64,000 nucleotides of DNA from the human T2T-CHM13v2.0 reference genome, Homo sapiens. Of the stretch, positions 25,893-50,545 are shown in pieces. Positions within the stretch are counted from its first letter, which is position 1. Each line of letters begins with the position of its first letter. The notes below the pieces were generated by a model. It saw only the letters and a program-made list of their open reading frames with translations. It did not search any database and had not been told where the DNA came from. The DNA lies in the NCBI RefSeq assembly GCF_009914755.1, contig NC_060947.1; one strand, written 5' to 3'. The translations under genes were made by a program, and so were the position numbers.

Positions 25893-26452
25893 CTGTGGAG
25901 AAAAATCAGGGAATTATGCAGTATATGGGTTAGACAGGAAAACATTCTAGGAAGAACGAGATTCTATGTATAATCTTAAGGGCAATAAAGCATCATGGAA
26001 GGTTTTAAGCAGTATATAATCAGATCTACACTTTAGAAACCCCCCAAATCACTGAATTGTACATTTCAAACAAGTGAATTTTATAGTATGTAAATTATAT
26101 CTCAATAAAGCCATTAACAAAAAAATCCCTTTGGGAGCTTGAGGAGGATAAACTGGAGGGCATCAACTGGGGGAGGTTGTAGTGTAGGAGTTTGGGTGAG
26201 GGGGCCCGAGCCCATCTGTTTGGACTTGAGGGAAAGTGGCTTGGGGTTAGAGTCGGGGGAGGATCAGAATGTCTTGCCCAAGGTTAAGAAGCTGGTGGAA
26301 CTTGATTTCAGAACCCAGAGCTCCCTGGCTTCAGCCCTAGTGCTCCTGGCCAGCACTACAGCTGCTCCACTGACTGGTGATGGAAGCACTGTCTTCCCCG
26401 TCTAAGAGAAATGCACTTCAGAAACATGTTTCCAAAAAATGTTTCTAAGGGT

Positions 26453-26580
26453 TTTATTTCTAACAAGAGGAAAATAATAAAATAAAATTAAAATAGGCTT
26501 CAGTTGGAACCAAGTTTCTTGTTTTGCTTTTTTTTTTTCTTTTGAACAAATTAATTACACACCAACAATCTTCTTTTATT
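26453..26580 (-). terminator. KDM5C: KDM5C polyadenylation signals (AATAAA at 26575-26580 and 26453-26458)
   Basis: Two minus-strand AATAAA hexamers 0.66-0.79 kb past the stop codon. Confidence 0.7.
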
Positions 26581-27239
26581 ACAACATGAACCCAGGAGGA
26601 GGAAAGGAGACAGGGGAGGACAGGGAGGGAGGACTGAGGTGGTTGTGAGGACAAGCACCAAAAGCTTTCTTCAGATCACAGGGAGCCCTGTTCAGCTCCC
26701 CAGCCAAATTCCTTTAAAATAAAAAACTGTGAGCACGGCTATGTGAAGTTTCCTCCTCCTGGGTGGAACAGTCAGGGGAAGGGAGAGGGAGAAGGGGGTA
26801 GGAAGGAAGGAAAAGAGGGGAGGAGAGTGGGGGCAGGGGTTAGTGTAGCATGGCCTGGCCAGGACCAGAACTGGGGAGAGAAGGGAGGAGAGTCCCCCAG
26901 TTTGCATATACACTGGCCTTGTCTCTGGAATGGTGATGGCCCAGCCCCAGCCACCCCCCTGCCCACCAGCCCATCCATCTATCTGCCTCAGGTGTCTGGG
27001 AATGCTGGTTAGAGGCTACCAGGGAGGGAAGACTCCAGGGGCCGGCCCCCAGGAGCTGAGGTCTGAACAATACCTTGGAGTCAGAATACAAAAGTCAAGG
27101 GACTCAGGGGTGGGCGGGTAGCAGGGATGGCCACCCCCCCTACCCGCCCACCCCCCAAGAAGCAGGCTTGATGGTCAGAAAGAGGATCCTTGAGGCCGAG
27201 GGGGGTCTCTGTCAGGGTCTGTGCTAGGCTCAGCCACTG

Positions 27240-27611
<372 letters not shown>

Positions 27612-27709
27612 TTACAGACAGGCAGAAAGACAGGTTGTGGGCCAGTGGTCAGGCCTGGGCTCCCTACTCGGCCTGACCTCCTGGCCCGGCCCATGACCCC
27701 TCTCCTCAC

Positions 27710-27909
27710 CTCCAGAAGTGTGCGGATCCTCTCCAGGTCTGGGGGCTGTCCAGCCTGCAGCAGCTGCCATATGCTGTGGTTCTCATCCAGGGTCACCTCG
27801 AGCAGGTCCCCCTCCATCATGAGCTCCTCCAAGGGGGCCCGGGTTGCCTCAGGCAGTTCCAACACAGGGCCAGTCAACTGTGGCAACAGCGAGGACAGCA
27901 GCTCCAGAT
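27710..27909 (-). CDS. KDM5C: KDM5C exon 25
   Basis: [12 protein letters not shown]...RIRTLLE; 200 nt, AG/GT. Confidence 0.95.
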
Positions 27910-27938
27910 CTAGGAGGTTGCAGGAACAAGCGGCATTA

Positions 27939-29041
<1,103 letters not shown>

Positions 29042-29203
29042 TCAGCAGCCTACCCCTTCCCTTCTCTGGGCCCCCCCTTAACACCCCCACTCCCAAACCA
29101 GGAGAACTGAGGCTCAGGGGACAAGCGGTCTGCTCATGGCCACCCAGCTCAGACACTCTATCATCACCAAGCCCTTCTCCCCATCTGTGTCGAAGCTCCT
29201 TAC

Positions 29204-29341
29204 CACAGAGCCTGGGTCCCTGAGGTCCTGCGCAGACAGCCCCAGCAGCTCTGTGTCAGATTTGTACAACCCCAGCTCCTTCTCCATCCACCGGCTGCGC
29301 TTGGTGCTGTCTGAGCCGGCATCTGCACATGGGCAGAGAAC
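29204..29341 (-). CDS. KDM5C: KDM5C exon 22
   Basis: VLCPCADAG...RDPGSV; 138 nt. Confidence 0.95.
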
Positions 29342-29470
29342 CTGGGGCAGGCAGACAAGAGAGGGAATGACTGGGCTTCCCTTACATCCCCCGCCTCCTT
29401 CCCTCCCTGGTGCCCCTACAAAACCCATGTTATCTCATGAGCCATCTCACAGAAGCCAGGGCAGGCGTTA

Positions 29471-29683
<213 letters not shown>

Positions 29684-29761
29684 CTAAGGCCAAGGGCGAG
29701 AGACAGCTCAGTTCAACTTGCCAATGCTATTGATGCTTACTCTGTGCCTGGCCCTGAGCTG
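29684..29761 (-). ncRNA. MIR6895: miR-6895 precursor (tailed mirtron at the 3' end of intron 20)
   Basis: Arms CAGGGCCAGGCACAGAGTAAG and TGTCTCTCGCCCTTGGCCTTAG pair, and the 3' arm ends at the acceptor AG. Both match the mature sequences as I recall them. Confidence 0.75.
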
Positions 29762-30062
29762 GAAAGATGAACTGGGCTCAGTCTTGAGGGATTAAAAAAA
29801 TAGGTGTCATCCTAAGGAACAACCACTTGGCTCTCTCCCACAACACCGGCATCTACTGACTGGCTCAGCCCCAAATATCTAGTCAGCCTTCTGTTGTGGT
29901 TTGCCTCTTCTCCTCTCCTCCATGCCCCTGCCCTGCTCAGTCCCATACCACCTGCTTCCCTGGCCCACCAATCTCATCCTAACCAGTGCCCTCTCTTCCT
30001 TCAGGCCAGCCTCACACTCTTCCTCTCACCCTGCTCATCAGGCACATCTTGCCTCCTGACTA

Positions 30063-30470
<408 letters not shown>

Positions 30471-30957
30471 CTAAGGGTAGCTGCCAGTCCCTGCTTCCCC
30501 AAGACTGCATGCACCCAACTTCATCCCTTCTGCCACAGCTCTTGCACCTCTGTTTGTCTGCCAGTCTGCTGGCCTGCTAGCAATGCCTACACATACAACC
30601 TGTATTGTGTAATCTGTTGCTGCAGTTTGTCAACTGCCCTGTGTGGGGTCTTTCTACCAACATCTGCCCATCTGCCTGTCACTTGTGCTTCTGGGTATGC
30701 GCACATTAGCCTGTAGGGCTAGTCTTCTAGATAATCTCTATCTGTCCATTTCTGCTTCTCCATCAGCCTCTCTTTGCCTTTAAGTATACAGAGTTGTTTT
30801 TTAAAAAAACGACAAGATAGACAACAAAAGAGGGGAGAGTCGATACAGTAACACAGGAGCGTGATACCTAAGGCCACCCATGGGCATCCTCTTCTGGGTC
30901 TCCACTCAACTTTGATGTTTGGAATAGGGCAGGGAAGGGAAGCAGCAGCTGGACCTA

Positions 30958-31317
<360 letters not shown>

Positions 31318-31469
31318 CTACCAGGACACAGGATGAAGAACAAACTCCTCAGCTGGGCCCACTGAGGGGTTCCACCACCAGATGGAACCTTGTCCCACCT
31401 ACCTTCTTACCCTCCAAGCTTTTGGGGCAAAGGAGCCTAACATGGGCTGAGCTCTCCTTCTCCAAGCCC

Positions 31470-31570
31470 TAAGACAGTTGGGGTTCCTAACACTGACTGC
31501 TCATTAGAATGCCCTGGGGAATTTAAGAATGCAGATTCCTGGGCCCCACCCTGAGAGATTCTTAATTAAC
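31470..31570. mobile_element. MER5-like hAT DNA transposon fragment
   Basis: ATTAGAAT..CCTGGGG..AATGCAGATTCCTGGGCCCCACCC motif. Confidence 0.55.
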
Positions 31571-31995
31571 TAATAATTATTAATCTATGCTTTATTTAAC
31601 TTTTCAGAGGGCTCTGTTCTCAGGGCACCAAGAGACCTCCCTGCCCTAAAAATTGCTATGATTAGTCCTCACATAAACCCTTGTGCTCACCACCCTGGGG
31701 TCTGTTGCCCTCTCCATCTCACTCCTCCTCCACCTTCATGAATTTCCCTCCACTTTCCAAGCCCAACAAGCACCCCTGTTACCTCCTTCTCCTCTACCCC
31801 TCCTCCAGGAAACCTTACCTGGACTCTGTATCCTATACCCATACCCTTGCCACCTGACCCTCAAGGCCCATTTCTAACAGACAAGTCACTAGACCCTTGC
31901 CTCACCCCTCCCACCTGTTCTTTTCTCACACGTGTGTCCTGTCTTGCCTGAACACTTTAAGCTTTTGAAAGGAGCCAAGCATGGCCTGCTGCTCA

Positions 31996-32205
<210 letters not shown>

Positions 32206-32743
32206 CTATGCTAAGACTGAACACCTTTCCTCACTACACCTGTCCACCTTGATCTCGCATATTTCAAATTTGCCCCAATTGCCCAGGTTAGAGGGAAGGT
32301 TTTAAATTATAGAGCATGTTCATATTATGAGGGGAAAGAATTAGAAACTAATGGGTTGTAATAAGAGCTACACTTTGCAATCCATCCTCTACTGTGAACT
32401 CTAAAGCTGTGTTAGCAGGGATCAGGTCTATACGTCTTTGTCCTGTTCTTACCCGTAAGCCTCCCACAACTCTTCCCTGCCCACAAAACCCCTCAGCCTC
32501 TCTCTCAGGCCACTTCCAGGTACTGATAAAAAATAAACACTTCTAGCTTTCTTATCACAGAGGCTCTCCTCTCCTTTTTAGGTGGCCTGGTCTCCTTGTC
32601 CCCCCCAACACCTTCCAGGCCATCTCACACTCTTGTGCCTGGCAGCTTCCTGCTGATGTCCATTCTGCCAAATGGTATTCACAGTCTACCCCTTGCAGCA
32701 CTTTTCCTCGGTGCTGGATCCTCAGCACCTTATGTGTGCCCTA

Positions 32744-32971
<228 letters not shown>

Positions 32972-33036
32972 TCAGAGTACAGAAGAAAGGGAATAGAACT
33001 TGCCTGTGGAGTCCCTCCATCCCCCCCATCACTCAC

Positions 33037-33161
33037 TGCGCTTCCGCCCATCCTCCACCTCCAGGGCCACTCGCACTTTGTTGGCCCAGGTGTCAAAGGA
33101 CTCAGCCCGAACCTTCAGCTTATGCAGCATGGCAGGAAGCTCATCCAAGGTATACCGATAC
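33037..33161 (-). CDS. KDM5C: KDM5C exon 16
   Basis: [12 protein letters not shown]...DGRKR; 125 nt. Confidence 0.95.
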
Positions 33162-33218
33162 CTGGAGGAAGAGGGCAGGCAAGAGCATGTCTGGCCCAGC
33201 TCTCCATCCTCCTTCTTG
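33162..33218 (-). ncRNA. MIR6894: miR-6894 precursor (mirtron in the 88-nt intron 15)
   Basis: Arms AGGAGGATGGAGAGCTGGGCCAGA and TTGCCTGCCCTCTTCCTCCAG pair, and the 3' arm ends at the acceptor. Both match the mature sequences as I recall them. Confidence 0.78.
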
Positions 33219-33248
33219 CCCCACTTCCTCCAGAAAGGACCATGCTCA

Positions 33249-33431
<183 letters not shown>

Positions 33432-35747
33432 CTAAGGGCATTTAACCTATGCGTTATATATAACCAGAACCAGGTAGCAAAATCCTCCATCTCAGCCACC
33501 ACCGACCCCTACTTTAGATTCAAATCTATGCTGAGGGTCATGGGGTTTAAGAGGCCAAACCCCAGGGAGCATACCTGCCCTTTGTAAAGTCTAGACTCTC
33601 AAAGCTTGGGGAATCAGATAAACCAGGGCAAGATCAGTGTGCGCTGAGTCAGATAATTTTATAGAGGAAGAAAAATCAGGTAAGATCCAGATCAGCAGAA
33701 AGGGTCTTGTGGGTGAGAAGTGAGGAAAGTGGTGGACCAAGATACCAGAGAGGTGGCAATGAGTGCAAGTGGCCAAGGGACAGGCCTGGCTAGTTATGTG
33801 TACTGGGGAACAATATCGGCTTCCAGTTACTCAGAGCCCACTGTGTTCCAGGCACCACGCTGGCCACTTAGTAGGCAGGAGATACTTGTGCACATATATA
33901 ACTTAGAGAAATTCAACCGTATGTGCTTGTGTTCAGGGTTTAAAGAGATATAATAATTTTCTCCCAACAATATGGTTTCCAAACCTAATCCAATGACTTC
34001 ATCTGTTGCTCAGATAAAGAAAAAGCAATCCATTTCAAAAATGAAGGAAAAGCTGGCTATATTGGAGTAATCGAGAGACAACCCAGTGTGTATATCTAAT
34101 GGGCAATTTTAGGGATTTTAATGGGAAATGTCAACTCTTAACAGTTTTTGTCTTACATACCAACTTTAACACCTAATCTCTGCATAAGTTATGAGCCCAA
34201 ATCCCACTCTGCCACTTATATGCTGTGTGATCATGAGTAAATCATTTAACGTCTCTGGGTCTGTTTCATTATCTAGTAAGATGGAGATAAACAGTATCAT
34301 CCTTGTTGGGTTGTTATGAGGATTAACAAAAATAAAGCAGCTATGGAATCAGACAAGTATCTCAGCACTTAGATTCAGTGTTCATCAAATATTTACTGTT
34401 ATTAGCTCTAATTTTCAGATAAGAATATATATTCCACAGGCCTATCTCATTTTACTAAGGCAGAAACTAAGTCTCAGGGTCAGTAACTTGCCAAACTGAG
34501 TTAATTTTGACTCTAAAGCCAGAGAATATTCTAAGGATGAAGTCTCTAGGGTTTTTTTGGACTACAGACTCCTGAGAATTGGATGTAAACTATAAGTCCT
34601 CTTCCCAGAAACATACTTAAATACACATACAATCTCTTACAGGATTCCAAGACTATGGTGTCCAGAATGCTTCTCTGAGGTAAGGGCCAAGTGTGAAGAA
34701 TTCTGAATGTCAAGATGAGAAGGTCTATTCTCCCCACCTTGCTTTGGCTCCTTCCCACAGCTTGGCACAGCCACACGGCCATCATTTAATAACAGTACTG
34801 AACAGAGTGAGAAAATGATGCCTGGAAAAGCCCAGGGACTCAACAACTTACACCACGACTGAGAGGCCCCAGACTTCCAACACTACTGTAGCTATAGTTC
34901 TCCCTATAGCCCACACTCACAGGAAAGCTATAAATGAGCTTTAAAATAAGAAAGTATTACCCTAGATAGGCAGCAAGGGATCCCACAGAACCAGCACTCC
35001 TTTGTAATCTTATGAAAGACTCTCACAAAGTCAATTCCCTAACTGGGCAAGTGTGAAATTTGAAGATGATGGCTGAAACTACACGAGTGGACTTTAGAGC
35101 TCTGTAGCAGCTTCCACTCAGCTACACACACAACTGACACAAGCTTACAAGAAATCAATTAAAGCAGGACCACCTTCAGCTTGGTAATATTATTGCCCTA
35201 GCTGGAGTTAATAAACCATCTGCATGTAATAAAATGGCAATTCCTGAGAAACATTCCAAATTTCAATCAGTTTCTTCATGTATTAACATTACCAATAATA
35301 GCAGCTGCAACATTGCAAAGGCAATGTTAGAGAGATGGCTTTCATATAAATCACCTTACTCTAACCTTACATCTTGCAAGTTAGGTATTTATTCCCACTT
35401 TAGAGTAGGAAAGTGAGATATGAAAGATCAAGTAACTTGATACAGTCACCTAGATAATCAGCAGTGAGGTTTCATATGCCAGTCTATTTTGCTAGGTCAT
35501 GTAAATAATGATAAATAGCTGCTATACCAGTACCTGCCATGGGTCAGTCACTAAGCAAACATTATCTTTAATACAATCAACTATCCAAAAAGATAAGCAT
35601 TATCATAATCCCATTTTTCAGAGGGGAAAACTGACAATGAAGTAAATCGACTTAAGGTTGCTGGTAAAGGGTATAGCAGAGAATGGTATGTGGTTTTCAA
35701 TCGAGATGCATCTAGTTCTTTTCACTATACGCCAAGAGTAGAGGCTA

Positions 35748-36306
<559 letters not shown>

Positions 36307-37082
36307 TTAAGTGCAAGGTAATTAAGGAGACAAAGAAAAGCCTCAGGGAACACAGTCTGACAACAGAATCCCAGACTCTCCAACTCTGAAAGGAAGGACC
36401 ACTGGTCTCTGCTCTCAAGGTTTTGATGTGTGTTGAGATGATAGGAAGATTTGAGATTAAAAAATATATCTGTCAAAATATTCCAACTTCCTTAGTAATT
36501 TTTGCAAAAATTATAAATATCACTTTTAATCAAGCTGGACAAGCTTTTTTAGTTATTTACTTTCATCAGTTATATATGCAGTTTGTAGAGTCAAATGGCT
36601 CTATAAAGATCTGTTATAAAATCAGCCAGCCTTGCCATTCTCCCTTCCCCACAGCCAATCACTTCCACCTCTTCTGATTATTTTGGCGTTGATTATAACT
36701 ACCTTAAATAACATGCTTCTAGACTATGTTAAAAACAGCCTCCTGTTTCTCAATTTGCTCAGTTTTTTATGCATATATCCCTAATTTTCTGACCAATATT
36801 TAAATCTCTTTTCCTATCAATTTTCATCTTTCTGTAGCAGTCTCATGCAACCTTCTGATCTGTCCCAATCTGGACCAGCTGTCCTCCCTGGATCATCACT
36901 CTCTTGTGACAGATCTCCTATTTCCTAGATCCCACGTCTTCCTCTTTCTTGGTTTATTCCTTTGCTATGCTTAAGAACATCCTCCAACAGTTTCCTGAGA
37001 AATGGTGTGAAGAACCTACTTTTCTTTTTTTAAAGAAAGTCTCTATTCTTACTCTCACACTTGACTGTATATAGAATTCTAA

Positions 37083-37377
<295 letters not shown>

Positions 37378-37884
37378 AAAAATCCTTTTTTTAAAAACTC
37401 CCATAGTTGTTGACTCAGAAAATAATTTTAAAGGCACACTGCTCTGATCTTCTAGTGTTACTGTTGAAAAGTTCGAAGCCATTCTGATTTCTAATGCTTG
37501 ATAAGCATTTGAAACCTGTTTCTCTCTCTCTCGAGCTTATAGGATTCTTCTGGTCTCAGTGTTTGACATGGAAATTTACAGGATATATCTTGGTATGAAT
37601 TTCTTTTCACTCATGTACTGGGTAGGCCCATTGACTCTGGAAAATCGGTTCTCCAGTTCAGGGAAATTTTCTTGAGTGATTTCATTAATGATTTCATCCT
37701 CTCAGTTTTCATCTATTTTCTTTTCATAACTCCTATTTGAATATTGAACCTCCTAGAAAAATTCCCTAATTTTTTCTACCCTTTTCCATCTTTTTACTCT
37801 ACTTTTTGGGAGATTTCCTCAACTATTCATCTTTCAAAAGTGGAAAACATACACTTTTTACATTTTTCACTTTTGCTATCATAA

Positions 37885-39062
<1,178 letters not shown>

Positions 39063-40329
39063 CTCACAGCTTCTTATACAGACATGAACCAATCCTTATT
39101 TTCACCCCATCCATCTTTACCCCTAGAATGCCTGGTGCCACTGATAACAAATCTTTGGGGGATTCTGAGGTATGAATCGGGCTGGTTCTCAAGATGTCCT
39201 CAGTAGTGGCTTATGTTTCAGTTTTCTCATCTATCTGTTTTCTAGTTTCAAGAATTTTATCATTGTCTCCTCTCTCGTATTCTCCATCTCTGTAATTTTT
39301 TTCACGTTAAAAAATCCCTTTATGTAATTTTTGTGGAGTTTCAGTACAGAATGGAAGTAGCCATGTGTATGCTTAATCTGTCATCTTTACTGAGAAGTCT
39401 CACAAAGCTTTTTAAGATAAACATTCAATTTTGGTGAAGACACAGTGAAGTAGGTACAGTGCCGGTAAGGGAATAAATACATTCTACTCTCTGGAAAACA
39501 AATTTGCTAATGTATATCAAGAACCCTTCAACCCAATGATTCCTCTGCCAGGAGTCTAAATTAATTTGGGGAGAATTAACATCCTAACAATATCAAATCT
39601 TCCCATTCATAAACATATCTCCACATTTATTTGGACCATGCATCAGCTCCCACCTCCGTCATATTTTCTTCTCAAATCTATCTCTACTTAGAGGCAACAT
39701 CAGCATTTCTTTCTTACCTGTATTACTGCACTGGCCTCAATTACTAACTGCCAGAACTATCTTCCAAAAATAGCAAATTTGACCATGTAATGCCTCAGCT
39801 GAGAGCCTCTCACTGGAATCCCCATGCCCACATGATTAAGCCACAGCTCTGACAGGTAAACTCTTACTCTTCTTTCAGGGATCACTGCTCCTACAAAACC
39901 TTTCCTGATAACCCCCGCTTCCTAAATGACCTAGTTTGTTGCTCTTTTGCAGCACCTTTAATGCTTTATTCCACTTATTTACTCCTCTGTCCAGCACTCA
40001 GCTATGCATACACAAACGCAGGCACTGGGTTATTTGCCTTCTGAGTGTTGACCAGAGAGGCCTTGCACAAAGAATGAGCTCTAGCAACATTCACTGAATG
40101 ATCTAGTCCCAGGCTTAGTTTTATTTATTATTAATTAATTAGAAGGGGTCTTACTATGCCAGCCTTAATTTTATCGACAAGAAAACTAAGTCTCAGATAA
40201 GCCTCAGGTAGCAGAGCCAGGAGTAGAACTTGATGCTCATAACTCTGTCTCACCCTGCACCCTGATGCTGGCAATGTCACTTTACTATTTCCTATGTGGT
40301 TATTTAGAAAAGTTCTCCTCACATTCTGC

Positions 40330-40750
40330 AGCTGTTAAAAATGACAACTGTGAATAGCCAAAAAGTAAAAACAACTCAAAAGGTTCATCAACTGGTGTAT
40401 ATTACTGGGCCATCAAAGGAATAAAGTTCTGATACATGCTGCAATGTGGATGAACCCCAAAAACATGCTAAGTGAGAGAAGAAACAAATGACCACATATT
40501 ATTCCATTTTTATGAACTGTCCAGAAAAGACAAATCTATAGACAGAAAACAGATGAATGGTTGACTGGGACTAGGGGCTGGAAAGGGGAGTGACCGTAAA
40601 TGGGTATAAGGGATCTTTTTGGGGTGGTAGAAATGTTCTACAACTGGATTGTAGAGATGGTAGCACAACTCCATAAATTTACTGGATTGTGTACTTAAAA
40701 TGGGTGAATTTTACGGTATGTAGCAAATCATACCGCAATAAAACTTTAAA
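40330..40750 (+). mobile_element. L1M 3' end
   Basis: GGATGAACC..AAAACATGCTAAGTGA...ACTTAAAATGGGTGAATTTTA...CAATAAA. Confidence 0.75.
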
Positions 40751-40793
40751 AAATGGTTATAATTCATATAGTAACAAAGCGAAAATCATTCTA

Positions 40794-41739
<946 letters not shown>

Positions 41740-41838
41740 TTCTAGACCAATAAACTTACCAAATTGATTATAAAAACCATACACTAATTATTGCTATGTC
41801 AAATTTTACATAGAAAAATATAACAGATGGAAACATAA

Positions 41839-43380
<1,542 letters not shown>

Positions 43381-44557
43381 AAGAGAATCCTCTTTTACAG
43401 TTTTCCATGGCATTATAGACAAGGACTGATGCTGTGCTATGGGTCAGGAAGAGAGAAGTCTAAGGAAAGTCAGACCCCATGTCTACTTGTAAAGCAGCAG
43501 AACTCAAGCCCTTGATCATCATCCTTAAATGGGGTGAGGTAGAGAGAGAAAAGGATAACTCCCTGAGTGGAGGAAGATTGCCTGAACTGTTATAGGACAC
43601 CTCCTTCTGTCCAATTCCCTAGATATCCCAAGTCCTTGGTTAAATATCACTAAATTTTATAATAAAAAAATATTACTCATGGGGCATATAGTATACCAAA
43701 ACAAGGAGAAGGCAAAAAGAAATGCAGGTGAGAACCACTGACCTAGTCCAAAGCCCTACTGTACAGATATCTAGGAATATCTGAAGGAGACATTAATTCA
43801 GTATTTATTGACTATCTCATACATTAGAGTAAGTGGTAATGTGTCCAAGGCCAAAGAGCGTGGAAGGGTGTAGGGAAGAGTAGCAGCCCCGGATAATACT
43901 TAAAGCAGAGATAGAGGATCTACTAATTCCTGTTCCTACAGGACTAGTGATCAGGCTGTTTTAAGATCCACACCAGAAAACTGGCTGATGCTAATCAATG
44001 CTAGAAATTCCCAGGAATATAAAGTCTCTCACAGGTAAGCCATGTTGTATACCCAGCAAAATGTTTTAAAGGGTAAGAAAGAAGTACACAGAGGATAGAC
44101 CAGAACTCTGGGTTCAACTTTTGACCTGTTAAATAAAAAGACCTATCCACTGCTCTGAGAAGGGTAAGAGTATACAAAGTATGGCAGAGGCTGCTAGTTG
44201 TACCTCGATATTCATTCTTGTCTTCTGTCATAACAACATGACCTCCAGTTTTTAGTGGTACTTGACCATCCAAAATAAGAATTACATTTCCCAGTTTTCC
44301 CTGCAGCTAGATGTGGTCATATGACCAAGTTTTTACTAACAGAAGGTGAATGGAAATGATGTGTGCCTTTAAAAGATTTGTCTAGCCCTGCACTTCCCCA
44401 CTTCCCTCTTCCACTGGCTGGAATGTAGATGTGATAATAAGCCACCCCTTAGCTGTTACCGTCAAACACATGGCCCAGAGGGCATACCATCATACGGTGC
44501 ATCTAATCACTATTATTTTGGGTCTCTACTAGACTAGTCAAACCCGTAGCCCAATTA

Positions 44558-44884
<327 letters not shown>

Positions 44885-44938
44885 TCATGCAGGGAGCCCA
44901 CACTGACTTGATTCCCTGGCTCCCCAGGGTCCCACTCA

Positions 44939-45157
<219 letters not shown>

Positions 45158-45751
45158 TTATGCTAAGGAACTGAGATCTTAAGTCATTTTCTTTAGCCTA
45201 GGGAACCTTAATTTTGAGGTCAGAGACTTTTTTGAAACATCTTAAGAAACATATAGGTTTTCTCCCTACCTCTCCACCAAAAAGCATACACACAAAATTT
45301 CAATTGTATTCACTTCAATTTCTACGAAGTTTACCGATATATCCACCTACCAAAATACCTGCAAGTTAAAAAAATCCTGCTCTGGATCAAAATGTACCCT
45401 TTCTTGGAAGCACAACTAGGCCCTCATTTTCTCCTGTGCATACAAACCCCACTCCCTGAACACTACTTATGGATGAGCCAGGATCTCATATACCTTCTCA
45501 TTTAATTTTTATAACAAATTTGCAAAGTAGATATTATCCCCATTTTAAAGATAAGGAAATGGGCTCACAGAGGCGAAAGAACCCATCTCATGTTTGTACA
45601 TGCCAGGTACCAGACTGTTTTCTTTCATCTCATCTAAATCTCATGGCTACATAAGACAGGCATAATTATCCTCATCTTACAGAGATACTGAGTTTTTCAG
45701 ATACTAAATGATTTGCCTAAGCTCACACAGCTGACACGTAACCATGAATCA

Positions 45752-46000
<249 letters not shown>

Positions 46001-46050
46001 TCAATACCTATGATCCTAGCCCAACACTACCTCAGCCCTCCATCACCTAC

Positions 46051-46170
46051 ATGCACGGGCATGTTGAAGTAGTCAGCTTTAAAGGAGTCGGCCATCTCGC
46101 CAAAGCTCTGCAGAGTGTATTCCCGGGTAGCCTGCTCAAAGCCAAAGGCTTCTGGGGGCCGCTTACACTC
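46051..46170 (-). CDS. KDM5C: KDM5C exon 9
   Basis: [14 protein letters not shown]...FNMPVH; 120 nt. Confidence 0.96.
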
Positions 46171-46560
46171 CTGAAACCCAAAGGAGAACATGTCACCAAA
46201 ACAGAGGCAAAGAGGTGAAGAATCCTCCCAAGTGGAACTGGAATATAAGGGGTAGGGAGGGAGAAGAGCCCTAGGTCTGCACTCAAGGCCCCTGAGGCAG
46301 GCCTTACTTTACAGCTGTACCTTTTGCTCTTACCACTTCGGCTTAGTCTTTTCATTCCCCATCATGCTTTTGCTCAGTTCCTCCCTACTGAAATGTCCTT
46401 TTCCACTTTCTTTCATTGGTTCCTCAAAACTCAATTCCAGTCTCACAACTTCCAGGGAGTCATCTCATGCTCTTTTCTTCCTTTAGGACTTTATCTAAAT
46501 GGCTCTGACTTTAATATGCTATCCCGTGTTCTTCTGCCACCATTTTTCCTCTCTAGCTAA

Positions 46561-48531
<1,971 letters not shown>

Positions 48532-48922
48532 TAAAAAAGAAAAAAAAAAACAAAACAAAAACTCAGAAATTGAAAGAACATTTTTTTCTTAATATTCCTA
48601 TCCTTCAAGTCTCATTTCTGACATTTTCCCTGATTATTACCCTTAGCTATTTTCCTCTCCTCTGAACTTCTATATCTCAGAGTTTCTAACACACAATTTA
48701 GCCTCTGTTTATATGTCACCACATATAGTCTAATTATGATGCTTACCTCTCCAGGTGGTCTGGGAGCTCTTAGAGGACAGAAGCAAAGGCTGAATCTCCT
48801 GCTCCTTTCTCCCAAAGCTCTGCCCAGCCTAATCCCACCACAGAGACCCAAAACCTAAGACTATGGCTGAGCTAAGAGGCTGCCCTCAATAAGGCCAGAT
48901 GAAGGAAGGCAAGGAAGCCCTA

Positions 48923-49174
<252 letters not shown>

Positions 49175-49299
49175 TTACAGCCCTGTATAGGCTAGTCATG
49201 CTAGGTCTGGAGCTCAACTGCACGTATGTACCATCTCCCCAAATAAGCAGGTAGAGCTGCAAGAGCAGTCTTTTATCATCCAGTCTTGAATCCTCCCAT

Positions 49300-49820
49300 T
49301 TTTATTCATCCAATAAACACTTACTAAACCCGTATTCAGAACTACGCTGGACTCTAGCACAAAGACAAGACATGGTATCCTTCCAAGTATATACAGTACT
49401 CTAGAGACATGTGTTCATAAAAATTAAAAATTGCCAATAGCGGTCCATAAAGGGCACTGTGGGAGCCTAGAGAAGGAAGCACTCAAAGCAGCTGGAGATA
49501 AGGAGGGATGGCCTTGAGAAAGGACTTCATTGAAAAGGTAACACCTGAAACTGGCTGAAACCTGAAGGCAAAACAAAACATGGCAACAGGGCAGAGCACA
49601 GGGGGAATCTCTTCCAGGCTGAAGAAACAACATGTGCAAAGGATAGGGATGAAAGAGCATACTGCATCTTACGGGGAAAAATGAACATACCTACAAGGAG
49701 TTCAGTGTGGCTATAGCAGAGGAGTGAGGTGGGCAGTGCTGGGGGATGAGGCTAGAGGTCAGCAGGGACTGGATCATGCATGGTAATGAGGAGCTTAGCC
49801 TTTATCCTGAAGCAATGGAG
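49300..49820. mobile_element. L2 fragment
   Basis: TTCATCCAATAAACACTTACT and GGAGCTTAGCCTTTATCCTGAAGCAATGGAGAG L2-type motifs. Confidence 0.6.
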
Positions 49821-50043
49821 AGTGAGACTCCTTCTCTGGACCCTTCCAGCACTTCATGTTGACAGCACTTGATCACCCTTTCTTGCTCTTTGTTCCATAT
49901 GAGTTGGCTTTGTTTCCCCAATTAAGTGAGCTACCTGAGGGCAGGGCCCATGGAGGCCCGCTTTTGTGGTTAATGCGAACTGGTCCAGTGCCATGCAGGG
50001 GAATGCTTATTGAAGGGACAAGAAGCAGAGCATTAAGAAGTCA

Positions 50044-50545
<502 letters not shown>

